From a virus, in UHGV virus genome UHGV-0204464: a stretch of DNA of 42,624 nucleotides; one strand, 5' to 3'. Of the stretch, positions 1-8,825 are shown piece after piece. Within the stretch, counting starts at the first letter, position 1; every line of letters begins with the position of its first letter. The notes under the pieces were generated by a model, which saw only the letters and a program-made list of their open reading frames with translations, was not told the origin of the DNA and did no database searches. A program made the translations under genes and the position numbers.

Positions 1-546
1 ATGTTAAGTGAAGATATTAGAGATGTAGTTGGTTATGAGGGGCTTTATGCGGTAACTCGTGATGGTAGAGTTTACTCTCACTCAAGGATAATAAATACAT
101 GCCATGGGGCTACTCGATTAATGAAGGGTAGATGGCTGAAGCCAGCAAAGGATGGGGGCGGATATCTATTTGTTGGTCTCTGTAAGGATGGAGAGGTTAA
201 ACCAAAAAAAATACATCGAATTGTTGCTGAGGCATTTATTGAAAACAAAGAATCTAAACCATTCATCAACCATATAGATAATAATAATCAAAATAATAAT
301 GTAGAAAATCTTGAATGGTGTACGCAACATGAAAACATGCAGCATTGCTCTAGAAGCGGTAGGGTGAAAATACCTCATTATGTGGGTTCTGAACATCCAT
401 CGTCCAAATTAAATGAAGATATAGTTCTGGTCATAAAAAATGATTTGATTACGCCAATTAGCGAGTTAGCTGCAAGATATAATGTGACTGTTCAGGCCAT
501 ACACGCCATTAAAAAAGGGAAGACATGGAGGCATGTGAATGGCTGA
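1..546 (+). CDS. HNH homing endonuclease (NUMOD4-like N-terminus, HNH core, C-terminal HTH-like tail)
   Basis: 181-aa ORF; motifs [16 protein letters not shown] and HINHIDNN...[10 protein letters not shown]; AAGGAG at 42614-42619 sits 5 nt upstream of the ATG at base 1 if the window is circular; AT-rich, low-complexity Asn run. Confidence 0.7.
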   Translation: MLSEDIRDVVGYEGLYAVTRDGRVYSHSRIINTCHGATRLMKGRWLKPAKDGGGYLFVGLCKDGEVKPKKIHRIVAEAFIENKESKPFINHIDNNNQNNNVENLEWCTQHENMQHCSRSGRVKIPHYVGSEHPSSKLNEDIVLVIKNDLITPISELAARYNVTVQAIHAIKKGKTWRHVNG

Positions 547-1240
547 TCCCAATCTCAACGTGCCAGTAACTATCCAGGCCACCCGGCTAGACACATCAAT
601 CCTTCCACGCAATATATTCAGCCAGTCTTACCTGCTGTATGTCATTAATCAGGGGGCTGATGTCGGCGCAATTGCCGGGAAGGCAAATCAGGCTGGTCAG
701 GGCGCTTACGATGCTCAGGTGAAAAACGATGAACAGGACGTCGAACTGGCAGATCACGATTCAAGAATCACCGCAAACACAAAAGCGATAAATCTCCTTG
801 AGGTCAGGTTAACAACCGCCGAAGTGAAGATAGTCGTACTGCGTAGCGATGTTGATTACTTGCTGGATGAGGTTATCGATATTCAGGCGCATCTGGTCAC
901 TGTTGACAAAAGACTGGATGGCGTAGAAAGCGATGTATCTGACATTAAGAGTGATTACGTATCGAAAACCGTAACCAAATTGCAGTCTCTTGCGTCACCG
1001 CTGGATGTAAAAACATCATATTCAGTTGATGGAATTCAGGTTGTTGGAGCAAGAAATACCGGATGGACTGCAGCCACAGGTACACCTCTTCTTGGCTCAT
1101 TCAACGCTAACCAGTCATACACGGTCGGCACTACGTACACACAATCCGAAGTCGCAGCTCTCGCTACAGGTTTGGAGCAGGCGCGGCAGCGTATTCTGGC
1201 GCTTGAAACAGCACTTAGATTACATGGGCTGATTGACTGA
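539..1240 (+). CDS. Tail needle / cell-envelope-penetrating protein (P22 gp26-like)
   Basis: 233 aa, same length as P22 gp26; N-terminus [25 protein letters not shown] and C-terminus [19 protein letters not shown] match my memory of gp26; coiled-coil heptads; start overlaps the upstream stop. Confidence 0.8.
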   Translation: MADPNLNVPVTIQATRLDTSILPRNIFSQSYLLYVINQGADVGAIAGKANQAGQGAYDAQVKNDEQDVELADHDSRITANTKAINLLEVRLTTAEVKIVVLRSDVDYLLDEVIDIQAHLVTVDKRLDGVESDVSDIKSDYVSKTVTKLQSLASPLDVKTSYSVDGIQVVGARNTGWTAATGTPLLGSFNANQSYTVGTTYTQSEVAALATGLEQARQRILALETALRLHGLID

Positions 1241-1695
1241 TGATTACATTCAAACCAACACGAAACATCGACCTGATAGAAGCCGTGGGAAATCACCCTG
1301 ACATTATTGCCGGGAGCAACAACGGTGATGGATACGACTACAAGCCTGAATGCCGTTACTTTGAGGTTAACGTGCACGGACAGTTCGGCGGCATTGTTTA
1401 CTATCAGGAGATTCAGCCGCTGACATTCGATTGCCACGCCATGTACCTGCCAGAGATTCGCGGCTTCAGCAAGGAAATCGGGCTGGCGTTCTGGCGATAC
1501 ATTCTGACTAACACCACCGTTCAGTGCGTCACATCGTTCGCTGCGCGCAAATTCCGCCACGGTCAGATGTACTGCGCAATGATTGGCCTTAAGCGTGTAG
1601 GAACCATCAAGAAATACTTCAAAGGCGTGGATGACGTGACGTTTTACAGCGCCACACGTGAAGAACTAATCGACTTCCTGAATCACGGGAGATAG
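1240..1695 (+). CDS. P22 gp14-like DNA-ejection/assembly protein (by position)
   Basis: 151-aa ORF; start overlaps needle gene stop (ATGA); position between gp26-like and gp7-like genes. Confidence 0.5.
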   Translation: MITFKPTRNIDLIEAVGNHPDIIAGSNNGDGYDYKPECRYFEVNVHGQFGGIVYYQEIQPLTFDCHAMYLPEIRGFSKEIGLAFWRYILTNTTVQCVTSFAARKFRHGQMYCAMIGLKRVGTIKKYFKGVDDVTFYSATREELIDFLNHGR

Positions 1696-1697
1696 CC

Positions 1698-2387
1698 ATG
1701 TTATATGCATTTAAGCTGGGCAGAAAACTGCGCGGCGAGGAACCTTATTGCCCTGAAAAAGGCGGGAAAGGTGGCTCTGATAAAAGTGCAAAGTATGCCG
1801 CAGAAGCTCAGAAGTATGCCGCAGACCTGCAAAATCAGCAGTTCAATACCATCATGAACAACCTGAAGCCGTTTACTCCTCTGGCTGGGAAGTATGTCGG
1901 CAGCCTTGAGAACTTATCGTCTCTGGAAGGGCAAGGTCAGGCACTTAACCAGTATTACAACTCTCAGCAGTACAAAGATCTTGCTGGTCAGGCTCGCTAT
2001 CAGAGTCTGGCGGCAGCGGAAGCAACAGGTGGATTGGGTTCCACCGCAACCAGTAATCAGTTAGCAACAATCGCACCAACGCTTGGTCAGCAATGGCTAT
2101 CTGGACAAATGAACAATTACAACAACCTGGCAAATATCGGTCTTGGCGCTCTTCAGGGACAGGCAAACGCCGGGCAGACATATGCCAACAACATGAGCCA
2201 GATTTCACAGCAAAGCGCGGCTCTTGCAGCGGCAAACGCCAACCGACCGTCAGCATTGCGGCAGGGTGTTAGTGGTGCTGCATCCGGTGCGCTTTTGGGT
2301 GGTGGCATAGCCAGTGCTCTCGAGCTATCAACTCCGTGGGGTGCTGGTATCGGTGCTGGTCTTGGTCTGCTTGGCTCGTTGTTTTAA
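1698..2387 (+). CDS. Ejection (injection) protein, P22 gp7-like
   Basis: 229 aa (same as P22 gp7); Gln/Ala/Gly-rich with a Gly-rich hydrophobic C-terminus; synteny. Confidence 0.55.
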   Translation: MLYAFKLGRKLRGEEPYCPEKGGKGGSDKSAKYAAEAQKYAADLQNQQFNTIMNNLKPFTPLAGKYVGSLENLSSLEGQGQALNQYYNSQQYKDLAGQARYQSLAAAEATGGLGSTATSNQLATIAPTLGQQWLSGQMNNYNNLANIGLGALQGQANAGQTYANNMSQISQQSAALAAANANRPSALRQGVSGAASGALLGGGIASALELSTPWGAGIGAGLGLLGSLF

Positions 2388-2397
2388 GGGGTAATCA

Positions 2398-3849
2398 ATG
2401 GCTACGTGGCAACAGGGTATTAATTCTGGTGGTTTTCTGGCTGGCATCGGTACGCAAAATGAGAATGCGCCAAAGGCAAGCGACATTAACGCAACGCTTG
2501 GTCTGATTCGCGAAAACAATGAACTGGCTCGTTCAGGTGCAAATAACGTTGGTCTGACCGCGTTACGTGGTCTGGCTGGAGTTGCTGATATTTATAAGCA
2601 GCAGCAACAGCAGGAACGTAAAGCGGCATTCCAGAAAGGTTATGCGGATGCTTATGCGTCCGGCGACAGGGAGCAGATGCGTAATCTTATTACAGCATTC
2701 CCCGAAGAGTTTGAGGAAGTCCGTAAAGGCATGGGGTATGTCGATGACGCCCAGCGGAATGATTTTGGCAATCTGGCGCTCAAGGCTCAGGTAGCTTCGT
2801 CGCTTGGTCCGGGTGCATTTGGCAGGTTCATGATGGATAACGAAAAGGAGATGCGTCGTTTAGGTATCCCTCCAGAAACTATTGCGGAAATGCAGGTTAA
2901 TGACCCGCAGGGCTTCCAGCACTTCACAGGTAATCTGGCACTATTTTCTCTCGGTCATGAGAAGTATTTCGATATCAAAGATCAAATGGAAGGTCGGGAT
3001 ATTGAGCGTGGCAAGTTGGCAGAGACGATTCGCAGCAATAAAGCTGGGGAAGGTTTAAAGGCGCAAAGCATTGCTGTTAGCCGTGAAAACTCCCTGCGCA
3101 CTGCTGGAGGTGCTGTTCCTGCATCTGTTAAAGAATATCAATATTTCAACAGCCTGTCTCCAGAGCAACAAAAGACATATCTTCGTGTTCGAGGTCGTCC
3201 TGATGCTGGCGGGGAGAATGTTGTGCAACTGGCAGATGGCAGAACGGTAACGGTTGGTAGGAAGCTTCACGGCGCTGGTGCTAATGCGTTCTACGAAGGA
3301 ATAGACAACGAGGGCAATATGATTCGCGTCCCCGCAAGTTCTATTGCTGCTCCGGCTACATCGGCAGCTAATGCACAGAATTACGAAATGAAGAAAGATC
3401 TTGATGCAATTTCTGGCGCATCAATTGACGATCTTGGCTTCATGACAGGTATTACAGGTTCTTCAGGTTCTTTTGCTCTTGGTGCAGATATTCGTAGCAG
3501 GGCATCTGGTGTTGAGGAGAGGAGGCTATACAACGCTGCACAGCGAATCATGGGCAAAATGCAAAATCAGGGGATTGCAGCAGCCCGAGATATGGGGGCA
3601 TCTGGCATCAACACCGAAGCAGAGGCCAATAGGTATTTTCAGGGTATGCCAAAGCCTGATTTCTCAAGTCCTGAAGCGCTGCAACAATCAATGCGCGACA
3701 TTCAGCAATATACCGACAATTACAACCAGCAATATAACGTTAATGTTGGTAATGGCGGGAAGAAATCATCAAGGCAACAGTCAGCTACTCAGCAATCAGC
3801 AGGAGGTAGCTACACGTCAAAATCAGGCATTCAATTTACGGTGGAATGA
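2398..3849 (+). CDS. Ejection protein, P22 gp20-like
   Basis: 483-aa ORF in the gp20 position; RBS AAGGGG before the ATG. Confidence 0.55.
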   Translation: MATWQQGINSGGFLAGIGTQNENAPKASDINATLGLIRENNELARSGANNVGLTALRGLAGVADIYKQQQQQERKAAFQKGYADAYASGDREQMRNLITAFPEEFEEVRKGMGYVDDAQRNDFGNLALKAQVASSLGPGAFGRFMMDNEKEMRRLGIPPETIAEMQVNDPQGFQHFTGNLALFSLGHEKYFDIKDQMEGRDIERGKLAETIRSNKAGEGLKAQSIAVSRENSLRTAGGAVPASVKEYQYFNSLSPEQQKTYLRVRGRPDAGGENVVQLADGRTVTVGRKLHGAGANAFYEGIDNEGNMIRVPASSIAAPATSAANAQNYEMKKDLDAISGASIDDLGFMTGITGSSGSFALGADIRSRASGVEERRLYNAAQRIMGKMQNQGIAAARDMGASGINTEAEANRYFQGMPKPDFSSPEALQQSMRDIQQYTDNYNQQYNVNVGNGGKKSSRQQSATQQSAGGSYTSKSGIQFTVE

Positions 3850-5972
3850 TGAAAGTAACTGCAAACGGTAAGACATTTACCTTCCCTGATGGTACGAGCA
3901 CCGAAGATATTGGCACCGCCATTGATGAGTATTTTGCTGGTCAGGCTGTTCAGCAACAAACAGTTAATCAGGCCAATAATGCACCAACACAGGAAGAACC
4001 ATCATTGATGCAACAAGCTGGCGATTGGCTCACTGGTGGTCAAAGTGCAGGGCAAATTGCAGAACAGGCTGGTCGTGGTCTGGTAAACATACCATTTGAC
4101 GTATTACAGGGTGGCGCAAGTCTGATTAATGCAATCAGTCAGGGGCTTGGTGGGCCAAAAGTATTGGATGATGTCTATCGTCCAGTCGATCGACCGACAG
4201 ACCATTACGCGCAAGCCGGTGAAACAATTGGCGGGTATCTCCTGCCAATTGGTACAGCGGCAAAAGCTGCTGGAGCGCCAGCAAAGCTCGCTGGAGATAT
4301 CGGTTCCGCAGGAAACATGATTGCAGGCTCTCTTGCTGATGCTGCAAATCAGGAGGGCGATTTTGCACAAAATGCTGCCATTAACGGTGGTATCAATATT
4401 GGTGCTCAAGGCGTTATTTCAGGTGCCGGGCGCGTTATTGCGCCAAGGGTTTCACAGGCTCTTGGTGGTGCAGCACTGAATTCTGCTAATGATGTTTCCA
4501 GGATGGCAAAGTCAGATGCTGGGCGTCAGTCAATTGCCAGTCAGGCCGCTAATGTGTCCGAAGATGTAGCAAAAGCAGCTGAGTCTGCTGGAATTGATAT
4601 AAACGCATTAACACCAGGAATGCGATCTGGAAGTCGTGGAATTGCACAAGCCGAAGGCGCATTGGCATCAACACCTGGAATTGTTCAGGACGCCCATCAG
4701 GCAGCATTTAACGAAATATCATCAAAGTTAAGTCGAAACCTTGATGAATTTGGGGCCACATCTGGAACGGCATCAGAAAAAAGTGCGGCTATAAAACAAA
4801 GGATTCTTCAAAATCTTGATCAGATGAAGGATGCCGAGCGCGCGGCATGGGATGACGTGCGGTCAACAATGCCAAATCAAAAAGCAAGAATGCTAAATGG
4901 TAATGCCGTTATTCAGGCAGAGCGATCTGCTGGCATACCGCTTACTCCTGAAATGAAACAGTTTGTTCAGGCAAACAATCAAGGTGGAGTAACATTTGAT
5001 GGCATGAAAGCATGGAGAGCGAAATTTGCTGATGCGGAGCAAAAATATAAGCGTAGCGGAGAGGCAAATGCGGCAAGGAGAGCAGGGGAAATACGCCGGG
5101 CAATTACTGATGATATGCGCACAATGGCGGAAAACGGCGGATTTCTTGATGACTGGCAGAAAGCTAATGATCTGTCTAAAGCGAGGTTATCAGCACAAGA
5201 GAGTGCAGAGTCTGTTTTCGGGCGTGATTTGGCAACAGATGCACTGATTACGAATGGAGTAAAATCCCTTCAATCATCGTCAGCTAAAGGTCTTAATGGT
5301 CCTGCTGGATTCCATTCTATGATCCGCGCGCTGCCAGAATCAGAGCGTGTTCCTGCTATATCATCAATGTTGCAAGATGCTATCTCGCATGGTGTACGTG
5401 GTGGCAAAGCTGATGCAGCAGGAATTAACCATATCGCAGAGATACTGACTCCACAAAATGTAAAAGCCATTAGCCGATATTCCTCAGAGCTTGGAAGAAT
5501 TGCTGATGCATATGGCACTCTTGCAAGAGCAGCAGTGAAACCTCAGCAGTATATTGAAAGAACAGGTAGAACTGCCAATGTACTACGCGATCTGGATGCT
5601 GGTTTATCCAACGTCACATCAACAGTGTTAAATGCAATTGCCAATTCAACATCAGGTGCCATTGTTGGTGGCGCTGGAGGAGGCATTGCAGGCGCTGCCG
5701 CAGGTGCTTTAGTTGGCGCTGGGTTAAAAGGCGCTGTATCTAAAATTGCCACCACACGTAGTGGTCGGTATGCGATAGAGAAAGCAGTTCAGGAAGCAAC
5801 TAAAGCAGTAAGAGCAGGCGGAAGCAAAGAAGCATTAGCGGCGGCGGAACGCAGATTTATGGCAAATAAGGCCGCCGTAAAAGCAATACGCGAGGCACTA
5901 GGAAACGAAGAGTTCCAGCGTTTAGCAAGGGCTGGAATTGTGGCATCGCTAAGCGGAATGGCACAGGAGTAA
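3846..5972 (+). CDS. Ejection protein, P22 gp16-like (longer variant)
   Basis: 708-aa ORF overlapping the previous stop; Ala/Gly-rich with Gly-rich hydrophobic segments near the C-terminus; synteny. Confidence 0.55.
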   Translation: MMKVTANGKTFTFPDGTSTEDIGTAIDEYFAGQAVQQQTVNQANNAPTQEEPSLMQQAGDWLTGGQSAGQIAEQAGRGLVNIPFDVLQGGASLINAISQGLGGPKVLDDVYRPVDRPTDHYAQAGETIGGYLLPIGTAAKAAGAPAKLAGDIGSAGNMIAGSLADAANQEGDFAQNAAINGGINIGAQGVISGAGRVIAPRVSQALGGAALNSANDVSRMAKSDAGRQSIASQAANVSEDVAKAAESAGIDINALTPGMRSGSRGIAQAEGALASTPGIVQDAHQAAFNEISSKLSRNLDEFGATSGTASEKSAAIKQRILQNLDQMKDAERAAWDDVRSTMPNQKARMLNGNAVIQAERSAGIPLTPEMKQFVQANNQGGVTFDGMKAWRAKFADAEQKYKRSGEANAARRAGEIRRAITDDMRTMAENGGFLDDWQKANDLSKARLSAQESAESVFGRDLATDALITNGVKSLQSSSAKGLNGPAGFHSMIRALPESERVPAISSMLQDAISHGVRGGKADAAGINHIAEILTPQNVKAISRYSSELGRIADAYGTLARAAVKPQQYIERTGRTANVLRDLDAGLSNVTSTVLNAIANSTSGAIVGGAGGGIAGAAAGALVGAGLKGAVSKIATTRSGRYAIEKAVQEATKAVRAGGSKEALAAAERRFMANKAAVKAIREALGNEEFQRLARAGIVASLSGMAQE

Positions 5973-6377
5973 TTAGTCATCCATGGATGGATTGAGCTTA
6001 TCTCGTGTTGATGTGGCAATTTTCCCAACATTTTTCAACCAAGATTTTAAGAAGGATATGTCGTCCTTAATATCATGAATATCCTCATTCTTTATACGAT
6101 CAACCTTATCCTCTAAGCTCTCTATAGAACGCTCAATGCTAGACAGAGAGATTTTTAAGTCCCCTTGCTCACGTTCCAGTGAGGATTTGAGAGCACAATA
6201 TTCGTTTTCTAGAATTCCTATTTTTTTTGTTAGAGAGTGCATTCGATACTCATACACCAAACCAGAAACGACTAATGCAGCCAACAGAAACCATTCAAGC
6301 ACACCAACCTCCTTAGTTTTGCGCAGGATACCAGATGATAATGTGTAGTTGGAGTAGCGCGGTTGTAATGCAAGCAT
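5973..6377 (-). CDS. Membrane-anchored coiled-coil protein; candidate superinfection-exclusion moron (sieA position)
   Basis: 134-aa ORF antisense to the late operon; one TM-like segment (LEWFLLAALVVSGLV) followed by a heptad-rich coiled coil; AT-rich; start codon uncertain. Confidence 0.45.
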   Translation of the reverse strand: MLALQPRYSNYTLSSGILRKTKEVGVLEWFLLAALVVSGLVYEYRMHSLTKKIGILENEYCALKSSLEREQGDLKISLSSIERSIESLEDKVDRIKNEDIHDIKDDISFLKSWLKNVGKIATSTRDKLNPSMDD

Positions 6378-6436
6378 TTTGTTTTGGTTTTATGCTTGCT
6401 TGTATGTGTGTACAGTGCATATAATGCAAGCATACA
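6364..6436 (+). promoter_or_regulatory. Candidate regulated promoter with three ATGCAAGCAT-type repeats
   Basis: Repeat copies at about 6367-6376, 6393-6401 (inverted) and 6424-6433; TATAAT at 6418-6423 with TTGCTTG about 17 bp upstream; directly upstream of the 6459 ATG. Confidence 0.35.
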
Positions 6437-6458
6437 TCACAACAAAGGTGCTTGCATT

Positions 6459-7451
6459 ATGACTGAAAAGAAAAGTGGCGAAGGGAAAGCTAAGGGCGGT
6501 ATCGCTCGCGCAAAGTCGCTGACTAAAGAGCAGCGTTCTGAAATAGCAAAGAAAGCAGCGGCTGCAAGATGGAAGGATAAACCATTAATTGCTACGCATA
6601 AGGGATCGTTCCAGCATGAATTCGGGATTGATGTTGAGTGCTATGTGTTAAATGATGATAACAAAACTGCCGTTATTAGCCAGAGAGGCATGGGAGAAGC
6701 GATTGGTCTTGGCGAAGGTGGCAGCAGGTTGCCAAAGTTTATTCAGGGGAAAACTATTTCTCAGTATATCGGGCATGAATTAAGGGCAAAACTTGAAAAT
6801 CCTCTTATTTTTCAATACAAACAGGCGGGCACGAACACTCCAGCTAATCCTGTAATACATGGCTACGATGTAACAATATTAATTGATTTATGTCGAGCAA
6901 TCTCTAATGCTAAAGCTGAAGGTAAGTTGCTTTCCAGTCAGGAAGGGATTGCTAAGCAAGCCAGAATCATTATTGATGCATCAGCCAAGGCGGGCATTCA
7001 GGGGCTTGTTTATGCTTTGGCAGGGTATGACAGAACAAAAGAAGAGGTAATTCAAGCATATAAGCGATATGTTGCTGAAGAGGCTCGTGAGTATGAAAGA
7101 GAGTTCACCCCTGAACTTTATGAGCATTGGTATCGTCTGTATGGTATAGACAAACCAGTTAGAGGGCGACCATGGGCGTTTAAATATCTTACGATAGATC
7201 ACATTTATTACCCATTAGCCAGAAGTGAAGGAAAGGTATTTAATTTAGCAAAAACGTCAAAAGAAGAAAAAGGCAGCAAGAACGATAAAATACACCAGTT
7301 TTTATCAGAGGTTGGAGTTAAGGCTCTTAGAACCCAAATAGGTAAGGTTACTGGTATTGCAATGGTTTCTGATACTCGAGAAGAGTATGAGAAATACATA
7401 GATGAAAAGGTTATTGGACAAAGAACCATAGACTTAAAAGATAAAGAATAA
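6459..7451 (+). CDS. Hypothetical protein with Lys/Arg-rich N-terminal DNA-binding-like segment
   Basis: Long ORF; most plausible ATG at 6459 (MTEKKSGEGKAKGGIARAKSLTKEQRSEIAKKAAAARW); the track ORF starts earlier at 6384. Confidence 0.6.
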   Translation: MTEKKSGEGKAKGGIARAKSLTKEQRSEIAKKAAAARWKDKPLIATHKGSFQHEFGIDVECYVLNDDNKTAVISQRGMGEAIGLGEGGSRLPKFIQGKTISQYIGHELRAKLENPLIFQYKQAGTNTPANPVIHGYDVTILIDLCRAISNAKAEGKLLSSQEGIAKQARIIIDASAKAGIQGLVYALAGYDRTKEEVIQAYKRYVAEEAREYEREFTPELYEHWYRLYGIDKPVRGRPWAFKYLTIDHIYYPLARSEGKVFNLAKTSKEEKGSKNDKIHQFLSEVGVKALRTQIGKVTGIAMVSDTREEYEKYIDEKVIGQRTIDLKDKE

Positions 7452-7452
7452 G

Positions 7453-7479
7453 AAAAACCCACCGTCAGGTGGGTTTTTT
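7453..7479. terminator. Bidirectional rho-independent terminator
   Basis: AAAAACCCACC-GTCA-GGTGGGTTTTTT: 7-bp GC-rich stem flanked by A-run and T-run; sits between convergent genes. Confidence 0.7.
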
Positions 7480-7504
7480 ATAAGGAGTAATCATGATTTA
7501 CCCA

Positions 7505-8041
7505 TCAAACAACCCACCAGTTTGCCTGATTGGATACCAGCCTTGCAGTTTTTATGGAATTAATTATGCCATGCTCAAGAGCCTTGTTAGCATCCAAAAT
7601 GGTCGAGTCTGCTATCAGGGATGCCCACCTAATATGGGTTCCGATGTCGATATTGAACGTCTCAACGAAGCGATCAAGATCGTTATCGAGGCATTTCCCG
7701 TACTCTCTCAATCTGGCATGGTCGGCGGCTGGGGAGGCAAAGCACCATAATAGAGGATGTAACAGGAATCTTGATAATGGGTTTGCGAAACGTTCTGAGC
7801 CAGCCAGGAAAACGATATTAGCTATGGATTCAACATTGCTTATGTTGTGAGTTCTAACGGTAACAGGGAGTGACTTAAGAAAGTTATACGCAGTAAAGCC
7901 AGCGGCTGTTTCCCCTCCCTGACTTGATATATGGATATTTAATTCAGTTGCGCCTTGAGATAATGCGGTGAGACAGTGGTTCTGAAGTTGCCCAACAGTG
8001 GCAGTGTTAACGGGGCATAAGAAATGAATTGTGTGCAGCAT
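7505..8041 (-). CDS. ClpP-like (S14 family) serine peptidase homologue, translationally coupled to mnt
   Basis: 178 aa; by-eye alignment to ClpP core (IHISSQGGETAAGF vs INSPGG.ITAG; candidate Ser in NVESIAN and His in LLHPL); ATG overlaps the mnt stop (TAATG). Confidence 0.5.
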   Translation of the reverse strand: MLHTIHFLCPVNTATVGQLQNHCLTALSQGATELNIHISSQGGETAAGFTAYNFLKSLPVTVRTHNISNVESIANIVFLAGSERFANPLSRFLLHPLLWCFASPAADHARLREYGKCLDNDLDRFVETFNIDIGTHIRWASLIADSTILDANKALEHGIINSIKTARLVSNQANWWVV

Positions 8042-8295
8042 TATTTATCATCCTTGCCATAAATCTTTTTAAGTGTCTCAAACACAACGGCCTTGAACTG
8101 CTCTGCTTGCTGATCAGCCAAGCGTTCAGCTTCGTCTCGATAGCCTGCAATCGGTGATGGCTTTGAGAGAGCATCCTGAACGATTTGTAATAACTCAGAG
8201 TTCATTGACCTTCCGTTAGCCTCTGCTCTTAATTTCAATTTTTCTCTTACTTCCAAAGGCATACGGAAGTTAAAGTGCGGATCGTTTCTAGCCAT
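8041..8295 (-). CDS. mnt: Mnt repressor (ribbon-helix-helix), P22 immI
   Basis: 84-aa ORF MARNDPHFNFRMPLEVREKLKLRAEANGRSMNSELLQIVQDALSK closely matches my memory of P22 Mnt; divergent from arc. Confidence 0.85.
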   Translation of the reverse strand: MARNDPHFNFRMPLEVREKLKLRAEANGRSMNSELLQIVQDALSKPSPIAGYRDEAERLADQQAEQFKAVVFETLKKIYGKDDK

Positions 8296-8317
8296 GCCAT
8301 CACCCCAAGTTAGTGTA

Positions 8318-8346
8318 TTGACATGATAGAAGCACTCTACTATATT
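8318..8346 (+). promoter_or_regulatory. Pant promoter with Arc operator
   Basis: TTGACA (8318-8323), 17-bp spacer, TATATT (8341-8346); the spacer holds ATGATAGAAGCACTCTACTAT (8323-8343), matching the P22 arc operator as I remember it. Confidence 0.75.
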
Positions 8347-8350
8347 CTCA

Positions 8351-8371
8351 ATAGGTCCACGGTGGACCTAT
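8351..8371. promoter_or_regulatory. Mnt operator (Omnt) palindrome
   Basis: Perfect palindrome ATAGGTCCACGGTGGACCTAT between mnt and arc. Confidence 0.75.
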
Positions 8372-8385
8372 ATTGTGAGGTAAAT

Positions 8386-8544
8386 ATGAAAGGAATGAGC
8401 AAAATGCCGCAGTTCAATTTGCGGTGGCCTAAAGAAGTATTGGATTTGGTGCGTAAGGTGGCGGAAGAGAACGGGCGATCTGTTAACTCTGAGATTTACA
8501 AGCGAGTGTTGGACAGCCTGAAGAGAGAGGGGATAACGGTATGA
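8386..8544 (+). CDS. arc: Arc repressor (ribbon-helix-helix)
   Basis: MKGMSKMPQFNLRWPKEVLDLVRKVAEENGRSVNSEIYKRVLDSLKREG matches P22 Arc; the track ORF (from 8323) begins inside the operator, so the internal ATG at 8386 is used. Confidence 0.85.
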   Translation: MKGMSKMPQFNLRWPKEVLDLVRKVAEENGRSVNSEIYKRVLDSLKREGITV

Positions 8545-8762
8545 GGTTTATTGAGGTTGATGAGATTGGCTATGAGAATGCACTTGGTAGAGGTAAATCT
8601 TTAGTTAACATTGATGGCATTGAATCGATAAGGAGTGGTGAATTTACGGAGATCAGAATGATGTCAGGCGGAATCATTCCTTGCCGTGATTCAGTAGAGT
8701 CAATCAAATCAAAAATGAGTGGTCAGTGGCTTTATAGCTACAGTGACTTACAAAAACAGTGA
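8541..8762 (+). CDS. Hypothetical 73-aa protein inserted between arc and ant
   Basis: ATG overlaps arc stop (ATGA); no recognisable motif; fills the arc-ant spacer. Confidence 0.4.
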   Translation: MRFIEVDEIGYENALGRGKSLVNIDGIESIRSGEFTEIRMMSGGIIPCRDSVESIKSKMSGQWLYSYSDLQKQ

Positions 8763-8825
8763 AGCCCCAACTGCGGGAACAGTCAGGGCTTCGGTATCGT
8801 AAAACCACGCATAGGAATTAACGAC

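Noticed and set aside
78-396. Two minus-strand ORFs (63 and 76 aa) inside the HNH gene
   Set aside because: Antisense to a well-supported CDS, low-complexity Ile/Phe-rich translations typical of AT-rich antisense frames
1036-1560. 174-aa minus-strand ORF across the needle/gp14-like genes
   Set aside because: Antisense to conserved structural genes; no RBS; overlaps two coupled + strand genes
3473-3871. 132-aa + strand ORF within the gp20-like gene in another frame
   Set aside because: Fully nested alternative frame of a long well-supported gene; no independent start signals
8323-8385. Upstream 21-codon extension of arc in the supplied ORF
   Set aside because: Would begin inside the Arc operator and Pant spacer; the conserved Arc sequence begins at the internal ATG 8386
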